Shown: positions 48,193 to 57,917 of the stretch, piece by piece
Numbering within the stretch: position 1 is the stretch's first letter
Layout: the number at the start of each line of letters is the position of its first letter
NCBI RefSeq assembly: GCF_053078305.1
Contig: NZ_CP166879.1
Direction: 5' to 3' (one strand)
Length of the DNA stretch: 64,000 nt
The notes under the pieces: generated by a model
The model's database searches: none
Seen by the model: the letters and a program-made list of their open reading frames with translations, nothing else
What the model was told of the DNA's origin: nothing
Made by a program: the position numbers and the translations under genes

Positions 48193-48767
48193 CGTTTTAT
48201 CGCAATCCTCAGTTGTTGTTTCAGCGCGTATGCCAGTTCTTCTGGCAGGCGTTCACGCCGGATACGTTCAATATTCTGTTTAAATGCTGTGGTCAGCGGC
48301 ACCGCCATCGGGATTTTCACCACATCAATGGGGTAACGGTTTTTCCCGGCCACACGCTGCATGACATGCCACCGCCCATTTTTCAGTTGCTGAATAAACG
48401 CGCCGGGAATGCGACGGTTACCCACCACAAGCACACTGCCGCCACCTTTCAGGGATGAACGCTGCCCCTTTTTACGTCGCCTTCGTCGGGACAGAACAAC
48501 CCGCGCATTACCCAGCCTGATTACGGGCAAATCCCCCCGGTTAACTTTGATTCTGACCTGCGGATTTTTAACCGTGGCCCTTTTCAGCCTGGCTCTTTCC
48601 TTTACCAGTTTCCGGCGTACCTTTGTCTCACGGGCAACCTGTGACGCCGACTGATTTATTGCCGTTGTGGCCACACGGTTAATGGCCATTGCTGAAGCAG
48701 CAGGAATGGCGTTTTTACGAACCCGGCTCAGATTGTCAATCGCCTGATCAAGTCCTTTTATCACCAT
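48189..48767 (-). CDS. Z: tail completion protein Z
   Basis: 192 aa MVIKGLDQAIDNLSRVRKNAIPAASAMAINR. Confidence 0.9.
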   Translation of the reverse strand: MVIKGLDQAIDNLSRVRKNAIPAASAMAINRVATTAINQSASQVARETKVRRKLVKERARLKRATVKNPQVRIKVNRGDLPVIRLGNARVVLSRRRRRKKGQRSSLKGGGSVLVVGNRRIPGAFIQQLKNGRWHVMQRVAGKNRYPIDVVKIPMAVPLTTAFKQNIERIRRERLPEELAYALKQQLRIAIKR

Positions 48768-48782
48768 AATTTCACCCTGCGT

Positions 48783-49136
48783 TTATCGTCGCCGGTTAAC
48801 TGCGGGTGGTTGCCCACGGTTGAGCCAGAGATAACAGCTGCCCCCGTCATCCGGAGAAACACGATCCACCCAGAACATCTCGCCGTTAATGGTCAGCGTG
48901 TCACCACGCCGCACAGCACGCACCGTATCCGTCCGCACAAATAATGACGGGCTGCTTCCTTCAATACGGACCCCGCCACCGGCAAAACCCAGCGACTCCG
49001 GATCGTCAAAAACCCCCTGAACTTCGCCGCCACGCTGTGCACCGGAGGTGAACTGCGCACGGATCCCCATCACTTCAACGATCGTACTGTCCACCCCGGC
49101 GAGGGCAGCATCAAAGGCATTCTGAAAATCACGCAT
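48783..49136 (-). CDS. FII: head-tail connector FII
   Basis: 117 aa ending DRVSPDDGGSCYLWLNRGQPPAVNRRR, lambda gpFII-like. Confidence 0.9.
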   Translation of the reverse strand: MRDFQNAFDAALAGVDSTIVEVMGIRAQFTSGAQRGGEVQGVFDDPESLGFAGGGVRIEGSSPSLFVRTDTVRAVRRGDTLTINGEMFWVDRVSPDDGGSCYLWLNRGQPPAVNRRR

Positions 49137-49512
49137 ATTCAGCCGTTCCGTGCTGTATCATGGCCGTTGCCAGTGATGATGGCACCAGAACACGCATACC
49201 CCGTAACGCCAGCTCAACGGGACGACCTGTCTCCGGGCAATACCCCATTACTTGCAGGCACTTCCGTACCCGGACGGCTTTAACATCATCCGGAGAATCC
49301 GTGTTGTTCAACTGCTCACCATCGTCTGTGTCATTTTGATCAGACCCGCTCTCATCAGAGTGCATAATGCCCTCCCGGGAAGCTGCAAGCTCCTCTTCCC
49401 ACTCAGACACACGCAGAGCAATATCCGCAGCACTCCCCGACATATCCACCTCGCGCCCCAGCAGACCAGCCAGTTGACGAAGACGATTCAGGTTTTCTTC
49501 TTTTGTTGCCAT
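49129..49512 (-). CDS. FI: DNA-packaging protein FI (positional assignment)
   Basis: 127 aa from MATKEENLNRLRQLAGLLGREVDM with GGGGG SD; lies between E and FII; sequence is divergent from what I recall of lambda FI. Confidence 0.6.
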   Translation of the reverse strand: MATKEENLNRLRQLAGLLGREVDMSGSAADIALRVSEWEEELAASREGIMHSDESGSDQNDTDDGEQLNNTDSPDDVKAVRVRKCLQVMGYCPETGRPVELALRGMRVLVPSSLATAMIQHGTAEYA

Positions 49513-49563
49513 CTCAGCCCCCTGTGAAAAAAGACACGGGGGCATTTCGCCCCCGCTCCCGGA

Positions 49564-50592
49564 TTATTTCACCTGTACCACCACAAACTCATCCGGATCC
49601 GGCAGCACCATCAGCGGCGCGGACTGCGTCATGGTGAATTCACGGGCCGGATCGCCCACGGTCATCCAGTGTTTCGGATAACGGGAAGAGGCCACCACAC
49701 CTTCGGACAACGCCTGCGCATCCTGAATGGCACCATAGCAACGGATGCCCTCCGCTGACGTATTTCCCAGGACCAGCGTGCCCTCCGGCAGATAACGTTT
49801 TTCGGTACCGTCCTCTGCCACATAAGACGTTTTCGCCACCACAATGGCCAGATCGCCGTAATACCCCTTGAAGGACACCACTGCGCCCAGATCTTTCACT
49901 GCCGTTTCGAGTTGTGAATTTGAGCCGCGACGGGTATCCAGTTTTTCGCGGAACAGCTTAAAGCCATTCAGCAGACGCCAGACCGTACCGTCCATAATGG
50001 CGATATTCACAAGACCGCTGGCCTGATCGCAGTAGAGGTCAATATCATGCGTCGGATCAAACGTATCACGGTCCTGCTCAGACCATTTTTTACCGTCAGC
50101 CTGCTCAATGTTATTTCCTTCAGAGCGCCCGAAATCCACCTCGACAGTATCAAACTGCTCCCCTTCCATGGTGTATTTGCCATACAGCACGGCATTCACC
50201 GCCTGCATTTCCTCCACCTGGACAATGGCATGCTCTTCCTGTTTGAGGTTATCAGTGATGATACGCAGACGACGGTAGGCCGGGTCGTTCAGTTGCGCCG
50301 GATCTTCACCGGGAAGGCGCTCCACCGCCTGCTGGTAATTAAATTCGTGTTTCGGCTTGACGTAGCCCGGACGCAACACGCGGGTTTCACCACCACGATG
50401 ACGCAGCACTTTTCCTTCAACAACCGGGGAGACATAGGCTGCCACCGGCGTTTTTCCGGTAATTTTGTCCAGCATCACCTCTTCGGTGTGGAAATTCACC
50501 GTACGGCGGAAAAACAGTTCCAGAAACAGCGCACGAAATTTCACTTTTTGTTCGGTATAACCGAGTAACTGGCGGGTCGTAAACAATCCCAT
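49564..50592 (-). CDS. E: major capsid protein E
   Basis: 342 aa MGLFTTRQLLGYTEQKVKFRALFLELFFR..., lambda gpE-like. Confidence 0.95.
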   Translation of the reverse strand: MGLFTTRQLLGYTEQKVKFRALFLELFFRRTVNFHTEEVMLDKITGKTPVAAYVSPVVEGKVLRHRGGETRVLRPGYVKPKHEFNYQQAVERLPGEDPAQLNDPAYRRLRIITDNLKQEEHAIVQVEEMQAVNAVLYGKYTMEGEQFDTVEVDFGRSEGNNIEQADGKKWSEQDRDTFDPTHDIDLYCDQASGLVNIAIMDGTVWRLLNGFKLFREKLDTRRGSNSQLETAVKDLGAVVSFKGYYGDLAIVVAKTSYVAEDGTEKRYLPEGTLVLGNTSAEGIRCYGAIQDAQALSEGVVASSRYPKHWMTVGDPAREFTMTQSAPLMVLPDPDEFVVVQVK

Positions 50593-50649
50593 AAATCAGT
50601 TCCTTTCATTCAGAAATCAGTCAGGCCAACGCGGTGGCCTGATAACGTG

Positions 50650-50997
50650 TTACGGCAGCGCCGCGTGACTCAGGGCTGTGCCGACAAAGGCGTTGGCCTT
50701 TTTGTGTTCATCCACACTTTCAGGCCAGCGGATTGCCTCCGTCGCAAAGGTCCCCGACTTGTAATACGTCAGCACCGTCTCTGTGCCTTCAAGCGGCAGT
50801 ACCAGTATGCCAGCCGCACTACCGGCTTTCTGTCCGTCCCAGACCACCAGTTTCCCGCTGGCTTCATCCAGCATCAGGGGCGTCAGTGCCGGTGTTGCCT
50901 GAGAAATCCCGCTGCTGCCTGTGGCGGTATGAGCCGGATCATTACCGGCAAAAATACGTACTTCTGCACGTTGTTCAGTGATGGTTTTCGTTACCAT
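50650..50997 (-). CDS. D: head decoration protein D
   Basis: 115 aa containing GNDPAHTATGSSG and YYKSGTF, lambda gpD-like. Confidence 0.9.
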   Translation of the reverse strand: MVTKTITEQRAEVRIFAGNDPAHTATGSSGISQATPALTPLMLDEASGKLVVWDGQKAGSAAGILVLPLEGTETVLTYYKSGTFATEAIRWPESVDEHKKANAFVGTALSHAALP

Positions 50998-51033
50998 ATT
51001 GTAAAAACCTCATATTGATGGTCAGCACTGACT

Positions 51034-52539
51034 TCATGGCATGGCCATGAGCATTTTCACGTCCGCATCACCGTCTGCCGACGTCTGTGACACGCCACCC
51101 TGCACGGCTGCCGGTGAATGGTTCGCCATGATGCGTTCAAACATGGCGGTTGTGGATGCAGAAACCGGTTCTGCTTTATCCGGCGATGAGGACAGAATGT
51201 CGCGGGCAGCCTCCACCGTCATTCCGGGAAACGCCGCCAGTTTTTCAGCCTGCGCCTCAGCCCCTTTTGCCTCATCCAGAGCCATAATCTGATCACGGAG
51301 TGAGGGTCCGGCATCCGCCTGCGGTGAAGCCGCCAGGATCGGGCGGGCTTTTTCCACCGTCATATCCGGCATCGCCGCCAGCGTTGCCGCCAGTTGTTCA
51401 CGACCTTTAGCTTCTTCACACGCCATAATGCGATCGGCTTCACTCTGCGCGGATGCCACCGGCTGCTGCGGTGCTGCCGCGGCCAGAATCGCCCGGGCCT
51501 GTTCAACGCTCATGCCCTGTTGTCCTGCCAGCATCGTGGCAAGCTGTTCACGTCCTTTCGCTTCCTGACACGTCAGGATCCCCATCACTCGCTGGTTCTC
51601 CTGCGCGGCGGCTTCCGTTGCAGTTAATTGCGGCATAGTGCCTCCTGTATCATGTGTGTTCAGCGCCGCAGCCATCACGCTGATGGCATCCGACGCATTG
51701 ATTAATTCATCCGCCAGCCCGGCCTCAATACCGGACTGACCTTCAAAAACGGCAGCCTCTGTCCCCGTGACAGCTTCCACAGACAGCCCCGTATACATCG
51801 CCACTTTTTCGGCAAACATCCGGTGCGCCGCATCAATCCGCTGCTGCATGTCCTGGCGAACCTCTGACGGCAACGCTTCAAACTGATTGCCATCCACCTT
51901 ATGCGCCCCGGCATAAATCAGCGTGATATCCACTCCGGCCTGCGCCAGATGACCGGCATAGCTGACATGGCCCATCATCACGCCAATGGAGCCGATACGG
52001 GATGTCTGGGTAACCAGCCGTCGGGAGCAGGCCGACGCCAGCAGCATGGCCGCAGAACAGGCCGTGTCATTACACAGTGCCCAGACCGGCTTCTGCTGCC
52101 GGAGGCGGTAAATCATGTCAGCGCAGTCAAACGCACCGGCGGCCTGCCCGCCCGGACTGTCAATATCCAGCAGTACGCCCCGGACAGAGGTGTCCGCCAT
52201 TGCCTGCTGAAGACAGGCAACAATGCCGTCATAGCCTGTCATTCCGGAAAATGGCCGCATACCACCCAGCCGGTGCACCAGCGTGCCGGTCACCGGCAGT
52301 ACCGCAATACCGTTCACCACCCGGTAAACACGGGCCGGTCGTTTACCTCCGGCCATGTACTCGTCCGTTTCAGCCAGCATCCCGGGAGCATCAAGCTGTA
52401 CCTGCTGTTGTGGTAACGAAAGACTTGCTGCCCCCATCTCGCGCCCCAGCGCGCAAAAGAAAACCCGCGCATAGGCGGGCTCCAGAAGCAGCGGTTCATT
52501 GAATGCTGCGGCAATAATGTGTGAAAGATTACGTCTCAC
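51034..52539 (-). CDS. C: prohead protease C (S49/ClpP-like) with nested Nu3-type scaffold region
   Basis: 501 aa; NEPLLLEPAYARVFFCAL N-terminus as in lambda gpC; C-terminal third carries three tandem repeats of about 40 aa. Confidence 0.9.
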   Translation of the reverse strand: MRRNLSHIIAAAFNEPLLLEPAYARVFFCALGREMGAASLSLPQQQVQLDAPGMLAETDEYMAGGKRPARVYRVVNGIAVLPVTGTLVHRLGGMRPFSGMTGYDGIVACLQQAMADTSVRGVLLDIDSPGGQAAGAFDCADMIYRLRQQKPVWALCNDTACSAAMLLASACSRRLVTQTSRIGSIGVMMGHVSYAGHLAQAGVDITLIYAGAHKVDGNQFEALPSEVRQDMQQRIDAAHRMFAEKVAMYTGLSVEAVTGTEAAVFEGQSGIEAGLADELINASDAISVMAAALNTHDTGGTMPQLTATEAAAQENQRVMGILTCQEAKGREQLATMLAGQQGMSVEQARAILAAAAPQQPVASAQSEADRIMACEEAKGREQLAATLAAMPDMTVEKARPILAASPQADAGPSLRDQIMALDEAKGAEAQAEKLAAFPGMTVEAARDILSSSPDKAEPVSASTTAMFERIMANHSPAAVQGGVSQTSADGDADVKMLMAMP

Positions 52540-54121
52540 GTGGTGTTGTCTCCTCTTCCGGCCTGCGGCTCTCCGCTATCTGCTGCTGATACGCCTGCGC
52601 TATCCACACCGGACGTGAGAGTCCGGCTTTTTCCCGCTCTGCGGATTCCCTGACCTGCTGGCGGAAAATGTCCTGATAATCCTCACCCATCAGCGCCAGC
52701 TCTTTCTCATACGTGCTCAGTCCGGAATCAATACGCATCACCGATTCCTGGACCTCCTTGAGCCCGTCAATGGCCATTCTTCCGGCACCAATCCACTCTG
52801 CCCGTGACCAGGCTGATCGCGCCTGATAAAAATCAAAACGTGCCCGTGGCGGACGGATAATCCCCCGAAGAAGTGCCTCTTCCAGCCAGCAGGAAAACAT
52901 CTGCGTGGCCAGCCGGGCCGCAATAAATTTTCGTCGTCCCATAAAATAGCGCCACGACTCATTGGCAGAGGCGCGGGCACTTGAATAACTGACCTTCGAG
53001 TAATCACGGGACAACTGTTCGTAGGAAACGCCAAGACCGGCGGCGATATACCGCAGCAGCGCCTGTTCAAGCGCCGAAAATCCATTGTCTGAATCCTGCG
53101 CGGTCTGCAGTTTCAGATCATCACCGGGGAAAAGGTGCGGAATTTTGACACCACCCAGCGTCACGTGATTCGTGTCATACCAGCTGGAGAACTTCTCCAG
53201 AATATTAATGAGCGGATTATCCTGCTGACCCTGTGGTGCCCCCGCGATATATTCAAAGGCCTTTTCGGTATCAAGTTCACTTTCAATCGTCGCTGCATAC
53301 ATCGCCTTCACTATGGCCGACTGAAGCTGTGTTGCCTGCAGGGAATCGAGCATCTTCAGCCGTTCCATGACGCTGTAAAACTGATTGGCCCCACGGGTCT
53401 GCCCGTCCTCCACCGGCTCGAAAATATGCAGCATGGCCGGACGCCCGGTGGGAAGTTCACGCGGGATCCGTTCCCATCGTCCACTTCCGGAGAACGGAAA
53501 ATCATCCTCACAGATATGGTACGCAACGGCACGGCCATATCGATCGACCTCCACACCGGCACGCAGAAAACGGTTCCCCATACCGTGTCCTGGCGTGTCC
53601 ACCCGTTTCGGACTCACGGCTTTAAAACGCGTGCGGAATAACTGCGTGGTTTCCGTATCCCAGACCGGCTGCACAAAGATTTCGCCGTTAAAGGCATGAA
53701 CGCCCACACCTTCACGGATAAATTCCGTGAACGTGCGTTTCCCTTCCACGTCGATCTCGCCAAACATCCCTTCTGCGTATTCCGACCAGGCCGCCTCCAC
53801 CTCATCGACAAAACTTTTTGCCGCAGTCTCCCGCATCCCCAGCCAGCGCCAGTTCGGACGGTAGCTGATAAGAAACATATGCCCGACAATATGATCCTTA
53901 TGCAGGGCCACCGCATTAGCCGCTATCCCGTTATTGCGTACCAGATCATCTGCACGGGCATTCCCCAGACGCAACGCGGGCAGCAGGGCCGCATCGGCAC
54001 TCTGCGCCGGTGGCAACCACTCCGCCATTTGCCCGCCAAATCCTGCACCGCCCCCGTGGTAGCTGAGACTCTCCCGAAGCGGAACGCCGTTCACATCAAT
54101 CAGGACAGGCGTTCGTTTCAT
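52529..54121 (-). CDS. B: portal protein B
   Basis: 530 aa, size and position as lambda gpB. Confidence 0.93.
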   Translation of the reverse strand: MKRTPVLIDVNGVPLRESLSYHGGGAGFGGQMAEWLPPAQSADAALLPALRLGNARADDLVRNNGIAANAVALHKDHIVGHMFLISYRPNWRWLGMRETAAKSFVDEVEAAWSEYAEGMFGEIDVEGKRTFTEFIREGVGVHAFNGEIFVQPVWDTETTQLFRTRFKAVSPKRVDTPGHGMGNRFLRAGVEVDRYGRAVAYHICEDDFPFSGSGRWERIPRELPTGRPAMLHIFEPVEDGQTRGANQFYSVMERLKMLDSLQATQLQSAIVKAMYAATIESELDTEKAFEYIAGAPQGQQDNPLINILEKFSSWYDTNHVTLGGVKIPHLFPGDDLKLQTAQDSDNGFSALEQALLRYIAAGLGVSYEQLSRDYSKVSYSSARASANESWRYFMGRRKFIAARLATQMFSCWLEEALLRGIIRPPRARFDFYQARSAWSRAEWIGAGRMAIDGLKEVQESVMRIDSGLSTYEKELALMGEDYQDIFRQQVRESAEREKAGLSRPVWIAQAYQQQIAESRRPEEETTPRET

Positions 54122-54324
54122 AACCTCACTCCCAGCGGACGACGGCGACGGCGGGTTGTCCCCAGTACCGACTCCGCATCATTGATCGCACGGTTAAGCT
54201 CATCCAGAGAAGCCGCCGTATATTCAATTCTGCGACCATCTTTCTGGACAGACACCACCCGTTTACCGGTTAATAAATCAAGGCGCGCCTGACGCAGCGC
54301 CTGCAGTTCAGCGACTGTAACCAT
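54118..54324 (-). CDS. W: head-tail joining protein W
   Basis: 68 aa MVTVAELQALRQARLDLLTGKRVVSVQKDGRRIEYTAASLDEL. Confidence 0.9.
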   Translation of the reverse strand: MVTVAELQALRQARLDLLTGKRVVSVQKDGRRIEYTAASLDELNRAINDAESVLGTTRRRRRPLGVRL

Positions 54325-56236
54325 TCACTCCTCCGGACAGCTTCGCTGCCAGTTCTTTCAGGGTTGGCCGGGTCGTCTCTTCTTCCCGGGATTTTGCCAG
54401 TACAGCCAGATCAAGCTGCCAGCGTTGCACGGACACACGTAATGCCGCGTAGGCATACACCAGGCAGTCCAGCGCTTCGTTACGCCGCTTTTTGTTATCC
54501 CACAGCAGACGCATCTTTCCTTTTTCCCACTTCTCCACCAGTTCTTCCGCCACCAGTTGCTGCGCCTCTGTCTGCGAAAAAATCTCCGGATCATCAGGAA
54601 AACGGATGGCATACGACGTGGCTTCATCCGCAGGCGTGGGATCGGCTTTCATACGGGCATAGAGAATTTCTTTTGCGGTGTCTGTCCCCACTTCACACAG
54701 ATACACGCCCCGCTGATTGCGGGTTTTTGGCATGGTGATCACCGGCTTGCCATAGACAGATGCGCCTTTTACCGGCAGCACCCGGAAAACACCGTGTTTT
54801 TTTGATCTCTGATAAACAATTTCACCATCGATCCCCCCGGTGTCCCAGCAGACACGGGAAATGGTCATTTCGGTACCGTCTGCATGGCGGTATTTTTTGT
54901 TGATCGCCGCATCCACACGTAACAGCGTCTCTTCCTCATCAGGACGCCCCATAATGATGATTTTATCCACCAGAAAGGCTTCCTCTCCCGGAGCCCATCC
55001 CCAGACATACATCTCAAAACGGTTACGCTGCGAGTCAATGCCCGCCGTCAGATAAACCACCCGGGCAGGCACCGCTGCCGTGTAATGCACGACCTTATCC
55101 ATCAGCACCTGGTGATCGAGTTTTTCGCCCACGGCCTCTTCCCAGGTCTCGCCCAGCGTGGTGTTCACAAAAGTTTTCAGGCCGTTGGGATCTTTCAGTG
55201 CATCCAGCCAGTCATAGACTATCTGTACCCAGGTGGTGAACGGACTGTACGCCGTCCAGATATGGAAAGTGATGGAGCGCGGCGGCGGAATTTCATTACC
55301 CGCAGCGCTGAAAAACGTCAGGCCGTCACGGGTCCACATGCCCGTGTTTTCACAGATCCACCGCCCGTTGCTCTGGTCAAGCTCAGACTGATGGATCACG
55401 CAGCCATGATGTTCACAGAGATAGAAAACGCTTTCGGGGCTGTCCTTCTCCCATTTAAGGCCAAAAGGCGTGGACTCATCGCCAAATTTCAGATACTGCT
55501 CCTCCCCACAGTGCGGGCAGGGCACATAAAAACGCATGAAATGCGCCGACTCGTTGGCCGCTTTTTCGATCTGGCAGGAGCCTTTTATTTTTGGCGTCGA
55601 GCCGCGAATGGATTTTGGCCATACCGAGCCCTCAATACGCTTATCCCCCAGCAGGGTTGGCGAGCCCTCTTTTTCGACATCCGGCTCGAACGAGGAAAGT
55701 TCGTCATAGCAGACCACGTCCACGGATTTTTCACGGTAGTTTTTTGCTGCCGCACCACCCAGGCACCAGAAGCCCACCCCCGATGAAAAGCGTTTCAGCG
55801 TGAGAGTATTGTCACGATGTTTACGACCCAGCCACGGGGAAAGATCTTTCAGGCATGGCACGTCCCGAATCGTCGCCTCCACGTGAGACTTCATAAAATC
55901 TTCAGCGGCAGAATCCGTGGGCTGAAAAAGCAGACTGTTTCGGGATTTATGCTCAATAAAATACCCGACCACCCCCAGCAACATCTTTGTATAGCCAACA
56001 CGGGCAGATTTAATCAGATTAACAGTGCGGATCTGATCATTCCCCATGCTGTTCATGATGGCGATCTGGAATGGCAGCGTTTTCCATTCTCCGTCACCGT
56101 ATGAGGAGTCTTTAGGCAAATAATAATTTTGATCAGCCCATTCAACTGCCGTCATCGGTACAACTCTGACCAGAGGCTGCAGCGCAACCGAAACGGCAGC
56201 CATCATATTATTCAGTTGTTGCTCTGATATATTCAT
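54308..56236 (-). CDS. A: terminase large subunit A
   Basis: 642 aa from MNISEQQLNN...; contains TAVEWAD.NYYLPK, GSTPK and CPHCGEEQYLKFGD motifs; track ORF extends 19 codons upstream. Confidence 0.94.
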   Translation of the reverse strand: MNISEQQLNNMMAAVSVALQPLVRVVPMTAVEWADQNYYLPKDSSYGDGEWKTLPFQIAIMNSMGNDQIRTVNLIKSARVGYTKMLLGVVGYFIEHKSRNSLLFQPTDSAAEDFMKSHVEATIRDVPCLKDLSPWLGRKHRDNTLTLKRFSSGVGFWCLGGAAAKNYREKSVDVVCYDELSSFEPDVEKEGSPTLLGDKRIEGSVWPKSIRGSTPKIKGSCQIEKAANESAHFMRFYVPCPHCGEEQYLKFGDESTPFGLKWEKDSPESVFYLCEHHGCVIHQSELDQSNGRWICENTGMWTRDGLTFFSAAGNEIPPPRSITFHIWTAYSPFTTWVQIVYDWLDALKDPNGLKTFVNTTLGETWEEAVGEKLDHQVLMDKVVHYTAAVPARVVYLTAGIDSQRNRFEMYVWGWAPGEEAFLVDKIIIMGRPDEEETLLRVDAAINKKYRHADGTEMTISRVCWDTGGIDGEIVYQRSKKHGVFRVLPVKGASVYGKPVITMPKTRNQRGVYLCEVGTDTAKEILYARMKADPTPADEATSYAIRFPDDPEIFSQTEAQQLVAEELVEKWEKGKMRLLWDNKKRRNEALDCLVYAYAALRVSVQRWQLDLAVLAKSREEETTRPTLKELAAKLSGGVNGYSR

Positions 56237-56714
56237 CGAGTAAATCCGGTAATTTATCCCCTGCCCGCGCACACTGATTTGCGCCCTTTGCAATAAGGGT
56301 TTTCAGATGGTCAATATGACGTGGCGTTAAATCCGGGAACTGTCGCTGCATGGATAACGGAATGGAATCAAGCGTACTGGACAATGCCATCGCCAGTTTG
56401 CTGAGGGCGAAAACGCAGAAGTCTGAATCGATGAGCTTACCTTCGGTTACCTGATTTTTAAGTTTTTGAGCTACAGCCTGTTCTTCTGTCAGTTCAGCTC
56501 TGGCCCGAAGCAGCCTTTCCTCCAGTTCTCCTCCGTCATCAGGTGTTCTCTGATTGTGTTGTCGCCGCTCGCGATCTATCTCCAGTACAGTTTTAACGTC
56601 ATATAAAACTTCCCTCCCCCGACGTTCAACAGGAGGAACGCCCCATTTATCAAATGCCTGAACAGAGATACCGATGGAGGAGGCCATATCACTTTTATTC
56701 AATAAAAAGGCCAT
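56208..56714 (-). CDS. Nu1: terminase small subunit Nu1 (start uncertain: 56714 or 56732)
   Basis: N-terminal HTH MAFLLNKSDMASSIGISVQAFDKWGVP aligns with lambda Nu1; about 200 nt downstream of cosN; track ORF 56208..56819 is over-extended. Confidence 0.8.
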   Translation of the reverse strand: MAFLLNKSDMASSIGISVQAFDKWGVPPVERRGREVLYDVKTVLEIDRERRQHNQRTPDDGGELEERLLRARAELTEEQAVAQKLKNQVTEGKLIDSDFCVFALSKLAMALSSTLDSIPLSMQRQFPDLTPRHIDHLKTLIAKGANQCARAGDKLPDLLDEYIRATTE

Positions 56715-56899
56715 CTCCTCTCCATAAGTCATCGATAAAAAGCGAAACAACAACCATGTGTTTTTGCAAAACCATTTGATATCATTGACATTTTTCGCAT
56801 TGACGACATCAAAACACATCGTAAGGTTGTTGTATTGATTTTATTTTCACCTTACTTATCAAGTAGATATACCAAACAATTAAACAACAACCACCCCCT

Positions 56900-56990
56900 C
56901 AAAAAATCTCATAAATAGTGAAAACGCGCGAGGTCGCCGCCCCGTAACGGGTCCATATGCCGGAAAGGACCCGAGAAAATGATAATGATT
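56900..56990 (-). other. cos site (cosN cohesive end GGGCGGCGACCT at about 56931-56942)
   Basis: Minus strand reads GGGTCCTTTCCGGCATATGGACCCGTTACG GGGCGGCGACCTCGCGCGTTTTCACTATTTATGA, matching lambda right-end/left-end cos sequence. Confidence 0.85.
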
Positions 56991-57201
56991 ATCAGTTGCA
57001 ACAAAATCCAGTTTCTTCCACCATCGCACCGGACCAGCGACCATGAGGGGACAACGCCGCGCTCCGTTAACGCGGTAAACCCCGGTGTGTATCGTTTTTG
57101 ATTATCCCCGCACACTCGCGCAGAGGAGTCTCCCTGTCGGGCTGCGGTCTCTGTTAATGCAGGAATACGGCGACAATACCGCGCATGGATAATAAGGTCG
57201 C

Positions 57202-57426
57202 TCAACACACTGGCTGTAATGCAGCCGATACCATGCGGCATTTAGCTGCATTCATCGTACACTCAACGGTTAGCTCTTCATTCGTGGCATTCACCTGAAA
57301 GGTCCGGGAGTGTAATTGCGTACATTTACCACTGAACGAACCTTCAACAAGAACACGACCACACTGCAAAATACGGAACGGAATTGTTCCCTGAAAAGGC
57401 TTTACGGTTACCAGTAATTTCTTCAT
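57202..57426 (-). CDS. hypothetical Cys-containing 74-aa protein between Rz and cos
   Basis: MKKLLVTVKPFQGTIPFRILQCGRVLVEGSFSGKCTQLHSRTFQVNATNEELTVECTMNAAKC...; CCGGAG SD; 24 nt after Rz stop. Confidence 0.4.
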   Translation of the reverse strand: MKKLLVTVKPFQGTIPFRILQCGRVLVEGSFSGKCTQLHSRTFQVNATNEELTVECTMNAAKCRMVSAALQPVC

Positions 57427-57449
57427 GCATTCTCCGGATAACAAAAATA

Positions 57450-57917
57450 CTAGTTAATACACTGAGTGCGGATATATTCCTTCGCCCCTTCCAGCTGCTT
57501 CTGCATTGTCATCAACCGTTCTCTGAGGATGAAATAATCCCGTTCAGCGGTGTCTGCCAGTCGGGGGCCGGTTGCATTATCCACGCCGGAGGTGGTGGGG
57601 GCTTCACGCACGGAGCCTGGACAGGTGGCTTTAACCCGCAGGCGCTTACGACCAGCGGCAACATCAGCACGCAGAGTTTCATTTTCAGCTCTCGCATCGG
57701 CTAATTCCCTCGAGTATTTAGCATCGAGCGCAGCAACATCGCGCTGGCGCTGCTGCATATCAGTAATGGTTGCGTTTGCCAGCTCCAGCTCTCTGGCTTT
57801 TTTATCGCGCTGCGCTTTGTAGGTGATGGCGTTATCGCGGTAATGATTCAGCCCCAGACTAAGCGCACCACAGGCCACCAGCAGGACAATAATCACCACA
57901 CACAGAACACGGTTCAT
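57450..57917 (-). CDS. Rz: i-spanin Rz
   Basis: 155 aa [43 protein letters not shown]..., lambda Rz-like. Confidence 0.93.
   Translation of the reverse strand: MNRVLCVVIIVLLVACGALSLGLNHYRDNAITYKAQRDKKARELELANATITDMQQRQRDVAALDAKYSRELADARAENETLRADVAAGRKRLRVKATCPGSVREAPTTSGVDNATGPRLADTAERDYFILRERLMTMQKQLEGAKEYIRTQCIN
57512..57697 (-). CDS. Rz1: o-spanin lipoprotein Rz1 (embedded in +1 frame of Rz)
   Basis: 61 aa [25 protein letters not shown]...[27 protein letters not shown]; lipobox and proline-rich region. Confidence 0.88.
   Translation of the reverse strand: MRELKMKLCVLMLPLVVSACGLKPPVQAPCVKPPPPPAWIMQPAPDWQTPLNGIISSSENG

Noticed and set aside
56909-57241. 110-aa minus-strand ORF
   Set aside because: Runs across the cos site and has no RBS; the region is better explained by cosN/cosB and the separate 74-aa ORF
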